NCBI GenBank assembly: GCA_949841365.1
Contig: CATKZI010000004.1
Span: 959 to 64,958, forward strand
Source of the DNA: an uncultured Candidatus Melainabacteria bacterium
Lineage (GTDB): Bacteria > Cyanobacteriota > Vampirovibrionia > Gastranaerophilales > Gastranaerophilaceae
Length of the DNA stretch: 64,000 bases
Reading direction: 5' to 3'
The position numbers and the translations under genes are program-made. Position 1 is the first letter of the stretch; every line of letters starts with the position of its first letter. Shown here one piece after another: positions 19,654 through 26,902 of the stretch. The notes under the pieces were generated by a model. That model was given only the letters and a program-made list of their open reading frames with translations. It was not told where the DNA came from and did not search any database.

Positions 19654-20359
19654 ATTCGTATAAATATTTAGCTCCGCATCCTGAACCTGCCATTCCTCCC
19701 GGTCCGCAAGCACCAGCATCGCTTTCAGCTGATTTGTCACAACCTTTGAGTTCATATCCCTGAGCACCACCGGGGATTACTTTATTTCCTCTGAATAAAA
19801 CAATAAACATATCACGCCCTACAATGTTAGGACCTTTTGTGCCATTAACATCAACTAAAAAGGAGGGATGCGTCCAAATGTAACTCTGGGCATATATTCT
19901 GACACCGCTGTTTAATTGTGCATAACCTCCTCCTCCTGCATACATACACCATTTTTTGTCATCGTTTGGATTTAATGTTTTGCAGTCAGGAGAAACATTT
20001 TTTTGATTGCCAAATCCATTGGCGCATATTTTACCTTGTGTGCCGTCTACTACACAGTAATCTTCACTTAATCTTGATAATACTTGATAATATATTTCTG
20101 TTGAATATGGTTTTACAATTGTATCCAGACCGGTAAGAGGATGATTAATTGGGTTTTCAGCAAAAGCATTTTCATAAGCACTGCTTATTTGTGCAAAGGT
20201 CTTTTTCCACAATGCTTTAAAGTGTTTGTCTTGAATATTGTTTACAAGTGTTGGAATAGTTATAGCAGAAACAACACCTATGATTCCAAGTGTAATAAGC
20301 GTTTCAGATAATGTAAAACCTTTATTACTACGAAATTTTAAATCTGATAATTTACACAT
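19652..20359 (-). CDS. Type IV pilin-like protein (prepilin N-terminal cleavage/methylation domain), intact
   Basis: Start moved to MCKLSDLKFRSNKGFTLSETLITLGIIGVVSAITIPTLV, which has an AAGAGG RBS. It has the G-1/F+1/E+5 motif. The C-terminal VDVNGTKGPNIVGRDMF motif is shared with the two other paralogues. Confidence 0.85.
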   Translation of the reverse strand: MCKLSDLKFRSNKGFTLSETLITLGIIGVVSAITIPTLVNNIQDKHFKALWKKTFAQISSAYENAFAENPINHPLTGLDTIVKPYSTEIYYQVLSRLSEDYCVVDGTQGKICANGFGNQKNVSPDCKTLNPNDDKKWCMYAGGGGYAQLNSGVRIYAQSYIWTHPSFLVDVNGTKGPNIVGRDMFIVLFRGNKVIPGGAQGYELKGCDKSAESDAGACGPGGMAGSGCGAKYLYE

Positions 20360-20405
20360 ATTATATACCTCTTTTACTTTCCAAAAGCTCTTTTTAAGGT
20401 TTTTA

Positions 20406-20422
20406 GTAGACACTTTGTCTAC
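20406..20422. promoter_or_regulatory. 17-bp palindrome, candidate operator in the divergent pilin/XRE promoter region
   Basis: GTAGACA-CTT-TGTCTAC, with perfect 7-bp arms. Lies between the pilin-like gene start (20359) and the XRE gene start (20457). Confidence 0.35.
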
Positions 20423-20456
20423 GACAATTTGAAGTTATTGTAGCACAATAATTAAA

Positions 20457-20666
20457 ATGAGTAAAGATATCTGTAAAATATTCGGTAAAAAGCTTTATAA
20501 AATCCGTATTGCTAAAAATATGTCGCAGGAAGAATTAGGTTTTGAAGTTGGTCTGGACAAGTCGACAATCGGTAAGTATGAACTTGCAAAAAGATGTATA
20601 AATATCAGAACTGCAAAACAAATTGCTGATGCTTTGGGAGTAAAATTATCTGATATGTTGGATTAG
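20457..20666 (+). CDS. XRE-family helix-turn-helix transcriptional regulator
   Basis: 69 aa. The sequence LYKIRIAKNMSQEELGFEVGLDKSTIGKYELAKR is a classic Cro/C1-type HTH. Confidence 0.8.
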   Translation: MSKDICKIFGKKLYKIRIAKNMSQEELGFEVGLDKSTIGKYELAKRCINIRTAKQIADALGVKLSDMLD

Positions 20667-20763
20667 TTTGTTATAAGTTTTTGTAACAAAATTTTTATAT
20701 TGTTAAAGTTCTCTTTTGATTTTGCCGATACATAAAAATGTAGAAGAAATATAAGGAGAAAAT

Positions 20764-21249
20764 ATGGCTGGTGATGAATTAAAGTTAAATGTTACTAATA
20801 TTTCTATAGGCGGAAGTACAGAATATCTGCGTCCTGCAGAAGGTGAAACAACAAATTTTTACAGGCAGCAGGATATATTTACTAAAGCAAAAGAAAAAAC
20901 AATGGCTACTCCTGAAGTTGAAGATGTTACTATGGATATAACCGACGACGGTGCTTCAAAAAGAGATTTACAAGCTTATGATATTGCTGCAAGACCTTAC
21001 AATATAAGCGGATTCAAGGTTATGGCAGGCAGTGATATGTATAATAAATTTTTGGAACTTAACGGTGATGACTTTACTTTAGGTATGAACGACCGCGGAG
21101 AATCATTTATGTACTTTGACCAAACAAAATCAGACGGCAAGATTAAAATGTTTTCAACTGAGCTTGATGCAGATGGTAATGAGTATTATGCCATAAGAGA
21201 TAAAGACGGAGTTATTCATAAGTTTGATAAAGACGGAAAAGCAATTTAG
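20764..21249 (+). CDS. Hypothetical protein
   Basis: 161 aa with a GGAG RBS and no recognisable domain. Acidic and D/G-rich toward the C-terminus. Confidence 0.55.
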   Translation: MAGDELKLNVTNISIGGSTEYLRPAEGETTNFYRQQDIFTKAKEKTMATPEVEDVTMDITDDGASKRDLQAYDIAARPYNISGFKVMAGSDMYNKFLELNGDDFTLGMNDRGESFMYFDQTKSDGKIKMFSTELDADGNEYYAIRDKDGVIHKFDKDGKAI

Positions 21250-21252
21250 AAC

Positions 21253-21283
21253 AAAGCACCTCGAAAGAGGTGCTTTTTATTTT
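21253..21283 (+). terminator. Rho-independent terminator (copy B of the 26-nt repeat)
   Basis: AAAGCACCTCGAAAGAGGTGCTTTTT is identical to 19627-19652. Confidence 0.7.
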
Positions 21284-21320
21284 GTTTGTGATACCATGTC
21301 TTTAGAATAGAGGAAAAGAT

Positions 21321-22325
21321 ATGGGATTAACAGTATACTTAGGAATAGATGTCGGTTCGGTTACGACCAAATTAGCGTTAGTAGATGAAAACGGAAAATA
21401 TGTTGACAGTTATATGCTTAAAACAGCAGGGAAACCTGTTATGGCTGTCCAAAACGGTTTGACGGAACTCTATAAAAAAAGAATTACCGATTATGATGTA
21501 AAAGGTGTCGGAACAACAGGTTCGGGCAGAAACCTTGCAGGAGCATTAGTAGGGGCTGATGTTGTTAAGAATGAAATTACGGCTCACGCTGTTGCGGCAA
21601 GTATTAATGTGCCGGGGGTTCAAACAATCCTCGAAATCGGCGGTCAGGACAGTAAAATTATTATTCTTCGTGACGGTATTGTAACGGATTTTGCTATGAA
21701 CACTGTTTGTGCGGCAGGTACAGGATCTTTCCTTGACCATCAGGCTCAAAGACTTAATGTTCCTATCGAATTGTTTGGCGAAACTGCTTTGAAATCATCA
21801 AATCCTGCACGTATCGCGGGTAGATGCGGTGTATTTGCTGAAAGTGATTTAATCCACAAACAACAATTGGGTTATCCTGTAGAAGATTTGCTTTACGGGC
21901 TTTGTCAGGCACTTGTCCGCAACTACCTTGCAAACCTTGCGTTGGGTAAAGAATTACTTCCTGTATTCTCATTTCAGGGCGGTGTTGCTACAAATACAGG
22001 TATGGTAAAAGCTTTTGAAGAAGCTCTCGGGCATAAGGTTGTAGTTCCCGAAAATCACCAGACAATGGGTGCAATTGGTGCGGCATTGTTAGCTATGGAA
22101 AATCATCAGTACACAGAAGCCCAAACAAAATTCAAAGGTTGGGAAGTTGCTGATATGTCTTTCCATTCTATCACCTGTGATTGTACAGGCTGTTCAAATA
22201 ATTGTGAAGTTATCACAATTGTTGAAGGCGGTGAAGATATTAACCATGTTGAAAATATCAAAGATATTAAAGGCAATATTATCGCTCGTTGGGGCGGAAC
22301 TTGCGGAAGATGGGATATCGGTTAA
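21321..22325 (+). CDS. BadF/BadG/BcrA/BcrD-type ATPase (acyl-CoA dehydratase/reductase activase-like)
   Basis: 334 aa. ASKHA-fold motifs GIDVGSVTTK, GTTGSGR, EIGGQDSK and CAAGTGSF. A C-terminal extension carries CDCTGCSNNC and GGTCGRWD. Confidence 0.85.
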   Translation: MGLTVYLGIDVGSVTTKLALVDENGKYVDSYMLKTAGKPVMAVQNGLTELYKKRITDYDVKGVGTTGSGRNLAGALVGADVVKNEITAHAVAASINVPGVQTILEIGGQDSKIIILRDGIVTDFAMNTVCAAGTGSFLDHQAQRLNVPIELFGETALKSSNPARIAGRCGVFAESDLIHKQQLGYPVEDLLYGLCQALVRNYLANLALGKELLPVFSFQGGVATNTGMVKAFEEALGHKVVVPENHQTMGAIGAALLAMENHQYTEAQTKFKGWEVADMSFHSITCDCTGCSNNCEVITIVEGGEDINHVENIKDIKGNIIARWGGTCGRWDIG

Positions 22326-22996
22326 TGGCGGATTTAAACTCCAAAATAAATTCCATGAAGCAGAAATATCGTGAGATTTTTTTGACATCTGTTGAAGCTA
22401 TAAAACAACGCGTTGAAGAAATTAAACCTGAAGGATTTGAAGGCGATATTTTTGATACTTTTGAGGCGGATAGTCTTGGAGCACAATGGCAAAAAGCAGT
22501 GCTTGAGATGTTTGAAAATGATATTTCGCATGAAATTTACCGCAAATGGAAAGAAATTCTCGCATACAGAGAAAATTTTCACTGTAAAGGCTGTGCAACA
22601 TGCTGCAATTTGGCGTGCTCGGAATTTTCGCCCGAACAATTAAAAGAAAAAGCCCAAAACGGGGATAAATTTGCAACACAGTTCACAAGTATTTTTGTAC
22701 CTTATGAGACTCGTGAAGATGCAGAAAAAGTATATCCCGAATACTTGAAACTGTTAAAAGATACATTGGATGAGGACGTTTACTTTTATCACTGTCCGAA
22801 GTTGACAGAATGCAAACGGTGTTCAGATTATGAAAACAGACCTGAAATTTGCAGGGTATTTCCTGATAATCCGTTGAGTATTTTGCCCGAATCATGTGGA
22901 TTTTATCCATGGCGTCAGGAAGTTGAGCCTGTTGCGTTGATGCTTCATTCAATGGTAGAAATTATTGATTATTACAAAGAGAATATTAACAAATGA
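22325..22996 (+). CDS. YkgJ-family Cys-cluster (putative Fe-S/Zn) protein
   Basis: Start moved to MADLNSK, giving a TAATG overlap with the activase stop. CKGCATCC (CxxCxxCC) plus a second cluster CPKLTECKRCSDYENRPEICRVFP. Paralogue of 28905-29486. Confidence 0.72.
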   Translation: MADLNSKINSMKQKYREIFLTSVEAIKQRVEEIKPEGFEGDIFDTFEADSLGAQWQKAVLEMFENDISHEIYRKWKEILAYRENFHCKGCATCCNLACSEFSPEQLKEKAQNGDKFATQFTSIFVPYETREDAEKVYPEYLKLLKDTLDEDVYFYHCPKLTECKRCSDYENRPEICRVFPDNPLSILPESCGFYPWRQEVEPVALMLHSMVEIIDYYKENINK

Positions 22997-24012
22997 AAAT
23001 ATTATCAGGATTAAATTTACAAGAAATACAAGAGATTACAGATGAACTGGGTGCTTCAAAATTTAGAGCACGACAAATTCATAACTGGATTTATTTGAAG
23101 TCTGTTAATGAAATTGATGGAATGACCGATTTATCTGTGAAATTTCGCGAGGAATTGAAAAAGGTTGCAACAGTTTCCGATACAAAAATAAAAGTTAAAC
23201 AGGAAAGTTCGGACGGAACTTTGAAATATTTATTGGAATTTCCTGACGGCGAATGTGTTGAAACTGTTCTTATGCGCTTTGATAATCGTGCAAATTTGAC
23301 AGCCTGTGTAAGTTCTCAGGTTGGCTGTGCCGTTAATTGTTCTTTTTGCGCAACAGGAAAACGCGGGTTTATCAGAAATCTTTCTTATAAAGAGATTATT
23401 GAACAAGTTTTGACAATTCAGCGTGATACCGGTTTAAAGGTTACTAATATCGTGTTTATGGGGCAGGGTGAACCGCTTTTAAATCTTGATAATGTATTGA
23501 AGGCAATGGAAATTTTTAATGAAAACTTCCAAATCGGTGCGCGCAGAATTACTGTTTCAACATCAGGTATAATCCCCGGGATTGCAAGACTTGCAGAAAA
23601 TGACATGCAGTCAACTCTTGCAATTTCTTTGCATGCACCAAATCATGAAATCCGCTCACAGTTGATGCAGATTGAAAACAAATATCCTATGCCTGAATTG
23701 AAAAAAGCTTTGAAAAATTATATCGAAAAAACAGGTAGAAGAATTACGATAGAATACCTTTTGATAAAGGATTTGAATGACACACTTGAAAGTGCAAAAC
23801 AGCTTGTAAATTATTTGCACGATTTAAAATGTAATATCAATTTAATCCCTTATAACCCGACAGAAAAGAACGATTATCAAAAACCTTCGGGAAATTCAAT
23901 AATGCGCTTTAAATCTTTACTTGAGCAATCAGGTAAAAAGGTTACCGTACGTCTTGAACGCGGTGCTGATATTGACGCGGCATGCGGACAGTTAAGAGGT
24001 AAGGTTAAATAA
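22993..24012 (+). CDS. rlmN: 23S rRNA/tRNA adenine-C2 methyltransferase RlmN (radical SAM)
   Basis: 339 aa. N-terminal FRARQIHNWIY, radical-SAM CAVNCSFCATG, and the conserved C-terminal Cys in GADIDAACGQL. ATGA overlap with the ykgJ-like gene. Confidence 0.92.
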   Translation: MKILSGLNLQEIQEITDELGASKFRARQIHNWIYLKSVNEIDGMTDLSVKFREELKKVATVSDTKIKVKQESSDGTLKYLLEFPDGECVETVLMRFDNRANLTACVSSQVGCAVNCSFCATGKRGFIRNLSYKEIIEQVLTIQRDTGLKVTNIVFMGQGEPLLNLDNVLKAMEIFNENFQIGARRITVSTSGIIPGIARLAENDMQSTLAISLHAPNHEIRSQLMQIENKYPMPELKKALKNYIEKTGRRITIEYLLIKDLNDTLESAKQLVNYLHDLKCNINLIPYNPTEKNDYQKPSGNSIMRFKSLLEQSGKKVTVRLERGADIDAACGQLRGKVK

Positions 24013-24016
24013 ATTA

Positions 24017-24735
24017 TTATTTGCAAGAGGTTTTTCCATTCCAAGAAAGGTCTTTGCAATGTAAATAATCGAGATTCTCGTTGAAAATAACCCAAGCAGT
24101 ACAGCGGTCGCCGTAATTTTGACTTCCTCCTAAGCATCGAGTTAGAAATTCACTATCTTCGTTACCTATAGCAATAACCATGTTATTTACAAGATTAAAT
24201 TGAAATAAGTCTTTGCCGTATGTATTAGGACCATTTGCACCGTTCACATCATAAAAAATATAAAATTGAGGCCCGTCTTTTACATAATTTCCTGCTATAC
24301 CGCGAAAAGCAATAGATGCTCCATCAGCAAGAAGTACTTTATAATAGCGTGAATCTGTCCCGTAATTTGCGGAAACGCTGCTGCCATCAAGCCATTTATA
24401 ATTTTTCATATAGAAACAACCTTGACCATTAGCACCGCAATCTTTTGCAATTTTCAAATATGGCCTAAATATATTGAATACTTGTAAAGCTCCGTCATAA
24501 CTCCAAGGAAGTGAATATTCTCCCGGTTGCTCTTCATTGTTATACATATTATATGCATTACTTAATGTAGAATACATCTTTTTCATTTTATTAACGGTAA
24601 CTTTTTCTCGGTGTTTTTCAATAAGCACAGGCATGGTCATTGCTGCTACCACGCCGATAATACCAAGAGTAATCAAAACTTCAGCTAAAGTAAAACCTTC
24701 GGGGGGGGGGCACTCACAGCTTTTTTATTAAACAT
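24017..24735 (-). CDS. Type IV pilin-like protein interrupted by a frameshift at a C10 tract (candidate phase-variable gene, OFF as assembled)
   Basis: GGAGG RBS and ATG at 24735, then 8 codons, then C10 (24710-24701). After the tract comes EGFTLAEVLITLGIIGVVAAMTMPVLI in a different frame, continuing into track ORF 24017-24676. C11 or C8 would restore a single ORF. The C-terminal YDVNGANGPNTYGKDLF motif is present. Confidence 0.8.
24701..24710. repeat. G10/C10 homopolymer inside the pilin leader coding region
   Basis: Counted directly: gggggggggg at 24701-24710. It is one of only two such tracts in the window. Confidence 0.95.
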
Positions 24736-24810
24736 ATATACCTCCAATTATTATTTTTAATTATAAATGATTTTTTTACATTTTGCAAGATTTATAGTAG
24801 TATTTTTTTT

Positions 24811-25248
24811 ATGAAAACATTAATACAAAGAGTTAAACGAGCATCTGTTACGATTGACGGTGAATTGTATTCGGCAATTGATAAGGGATTGCTTGTTTTT
24901 GTCGGAGTTGAAAAGGCTGATGAGAAAGTTAATGCCGAAAAACTCGTTGAAAAAATCCTGAAACTTCGTATTTTTGAGGATGAAAATGAGAAAATGAATT
25001 TGTCTGTTACCGATGTTCAAGGCGAAATACTTATTGTTTCTCAATTTACGCTTTGCGGTGATTGCAAAAAAGGAACTCGTCCATCATTTGACAATTCTGC
25101 GCCTTTAGATAAAGCAATTGAACTTTACGAATATTTCGTGACTTGTGTAAAACAAAGCAGTTTAAATGTTAAGACCGGAAAGTTCCGTGCAATGATGGAC
25201 GTTGAGCTGATTAATGACGGACCTGTAACATTTTGGCTTGAAAAATAG
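24811..25248 (+). CDS. dtd: D-aminoacyl-tRNA deacylase
   Basis: 145 aa. MKTLIQRVKRASV N-terminus, SQFTL and NDGPVTF motifs. Confidence 0.93.
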   Translation: MKTLIQRVKRASVTIDGELYSAIDKGLLVFVGVEKADEKVNAEKLVEKILKLRIFEDENEKMNLSVTDVQGEILIVSQFTLCGDCKKGTRPSFDNSAPLDKAIELYEYFVTCVKQSSLNVKTGKFRAMMDVELINDGPVTFWLEK

Positions 25249-25257
25249 GGTATGCTA

Positions 25258-25286
25258 TTGCAAAAAAAATAAAAGCATGGTATAAT
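25258..25286 (+). promoter_or_regulatory. Sigma70-like promoter with extended -10
   Basis: TTGCAA, 17 nt (ending in TGG), TATAAT. Lies about 90 nt upstream of the 25377 start. Confidence 0.45.
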
Positions 25287-25376
25287 AAAGGCAATCTATA
25301 GAGAAATCGATTTTCATTTTTTTGAGGAGAAATTTTTTTAACCCGGAATTACGTTATTAATTAAGAGGCTTTCATT

Positions 25377-26387
25377 ATGTATGTAAACAAGTGTATCAAA
25401 TGTGGTCGTGAGTTTGAAACAAAAAACCCCAAAAGAGTAATTTGTCCAGATTGTTTGTATCCTGATAAAAATATGATGGTATCGTCAACTCCTGATGCTC
25501 CAAAACCTGAAGCACCGGCATCTGAACCGTTAAACGGCTATAGTGCCGGCGGTAATGATGAAGCTCCTCGTTATTACAGTGCAGGTGGCGGTAATGAGCA
25601 GCAGCCGAGATATAACAGACCGCAAAGACAATATAATAACAATTATAATAATCGCGGCGGGTACAATAATAATCGTCAACAGGGCGGTTATCAACAAAAT
25701 CGTCAGCAAGGCGGATATAATAGAAATAATAATTATAACCGTCCTCAACAAGGTGGTTACAATCGTCAACAAGGTAATTATCAACAAAATCGTCCGCAAC
25801 AGGGTGGTTATAACAGAAATAATAATTACAACAACAGACGTCCTCAACAAGGCGGCTTTAATCGTGGCGGATTTAACAACAGACGCCCAATGCAGAAAAA
25901 AGCTCCAAAACAATTGCTTGTAAGTAAGGAGCAATTGGAACAAATTGAATTGTTATACAAATTGATGCTTCCGCTTCCAAATCCGGATTGTCATGAAGTT
26001 ATTGGTGAAAAAATCGGGTTAGAACCAAGAAAAGTATTCTTTGGTATCAATTTGGTAAGACAAAAAATGATGCTTCCGAAATTGCCGTTCCCGAAACGTA
26101 AACTCGCAATTTCACCTGACCAGCTTTTTGCTATTAAAAACTTATATGAACCATTATTACCGCTTCCTCCAATCGGTTGTCACAAAATTATTGCGGCACA
26201 ATTGAAAATGGATGAGTGGCGTGTTCACGTTGGTATAGGATTAATTCGTTCTCAAATGGGATTGGGACGTTGGAATGAAGACAGACCTGATAAACCTGCA
26301 GAGTTTCAAAAGAAAGACGAAGTTGTAGCAGAAGAAGCTAAACCAAAAAGAGGCAGAAAAAAGAAAACGGAAGAAACTGCTGAGTAA
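25377..26387 (+). CDS. Hypothetical protein: N-terminal zinc ribbon, Q/N/G/R-rich low-complexity region, duplicated C-terminal domain
   Basis: Zinc ribbon CIKCG...CPDC. GGYN/QQNR repeats follow. Two ~60-aa repeats are present: LYKLMLPLPNPDCHEVIGEKIGLEPRKVFFGINLVRQKM and LYEPLLPLPPIGCHKIIAAQLKMDEWRVHVGIGLIRSQM. The stop lies 2 nt before the rimM start. Confidence 0.72.
   Translation: MYVNKCIKCGREFETKNPKRVICPDCLYPDKNMMVSSTPDAPKPEAPASEPLNGYSAGGNDEAPRYYSAGGGNEQQPRYNRPQRQYNNNYNNRGGYNNNRQQGGYQQNRQQGGYNRNNNYNRPQQGGYNRQQGNYQQNRPQQGGYNRNNNYNNRRPQQGGFNRGGFNNRRPMQKKAPKQLLVSKEQLEQIELLYKLMLPLPNPDCHEVIGEKIGLEPRKVFFGINLVRQKMMLPKLPFPKRKLAISPDQLFAIKNLYEPLLPLPPIGCHKIIAAQLKMDEWRVHVGIGLIRSQMGLGRWNEDRPDKPAEFQKKDEVVAEEAKPKRGRKKKTEETAE
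25689..25868 (+). repeat. Imperfect 90-nt tandem duplication within the Q/N-rich coding region
   Basis: TATCAACAAAATCGTC(A/C)GCAAC... begins at both 25689 and 25779. Each copy encodes YQQNR(Q/P)QQGGYNRNNNYN.... Confidence 0.6.
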
Positions 26388-26389
26388 TT

Positions 26390-26902
26390 ATGGCGAAATT
26401 TGTTTCTGTCGGTAAGATTTTAAATTTTCATGGAATTAAGGGTGAAGCGAAAGTCGGCTTTACCAAAAATCAGGAAGATTTTTTCTGTTCATTGCAAGAA
26501 GTTTATGTAAAAAAAGAACGGGACTATGAACTTTTGACAATTACAGCTTCAAGACTGCATAAGAATTTTGCACTTGTAAAGTTTGACGGGATTAATTCAA
26601 TAGATGAACTGTTACCTTATAAAGGTGCGTTTTTGTATGTTCAAGAAGATACAATAAGAGAAAATCTTGAAGAAGATGAATTTTTGATTGATGAGCTTGT
26701 CGGTTTGGAAATCTTTGATAACGACGGTAAAAAACAAGGGTTTGTAGTCGGTGTTTCCAATAACGGAGCACATGATATGTTATCTATAAAAACAAACTCC
26801 AAAAAGATTGTTTTAGTTCCGTTTGTTAAAGCTATTGTGACTGATGTGAGCATTAAAGATAAAAAAATATTTATCAATAATCTTGAGGGATTATTGGAAT
26901 GA
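26390..26902 (+). CDS. rimM: Ribosome maturation factor RimM
   Basis: 170 aa. VGKILNFHGIKGEAKV N-terminus and a PRC-barrel C-terminus. Immediately upstream of trmD. Confidence 0.9.
   Translation: MAKFVSVGKILNFHGIKGEAKVGFTKNQEDFFCSLQEVYVKKERDYELLTITASRLHKNFALVKFDGINSIDELLPYKGAFLYVQEDTIRENLEEDEFLIDELVGLEIFDNDGKKQGFVVGVSNNGAHDMLSIKTNSKKIVLVPFVKAIVTDVSIKDKKIFINNLEGLLE

Noticed and set aside
24701-24710. The poly-G runs might be sequencing or assembly artefacts, such as two-colour chemistry poly-G or a chimeric junction.
   Set aside because: Both runs are internal and flanked by coherent gene sequence. Both lie at the same position of homologous genes, between an RBS plus ATG and a prepilin motif. 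The exact length call (10 versus 11) is still untrustworthy, so the OFF state is stated only 'as assembled'.
25640-25870. The repetitive DNA might be a CRISPR array or a non-coding satellite.
   Set aside because: The repeats are imperfect, in frame and without spacers. They lie inside a continuous 336-aa ORF with a good start context.
25530-25943. Long ORFs on the minus strand (137 aa) and in an alternative plus frame (126 aa) lie across the Q/N-rich region.
   Set aside because: They are shadow ORFs produced by the low-complexity AAT/CAA/GGT repeats. They have no RBS, and their I/T/L-rich products mirror the real frame.
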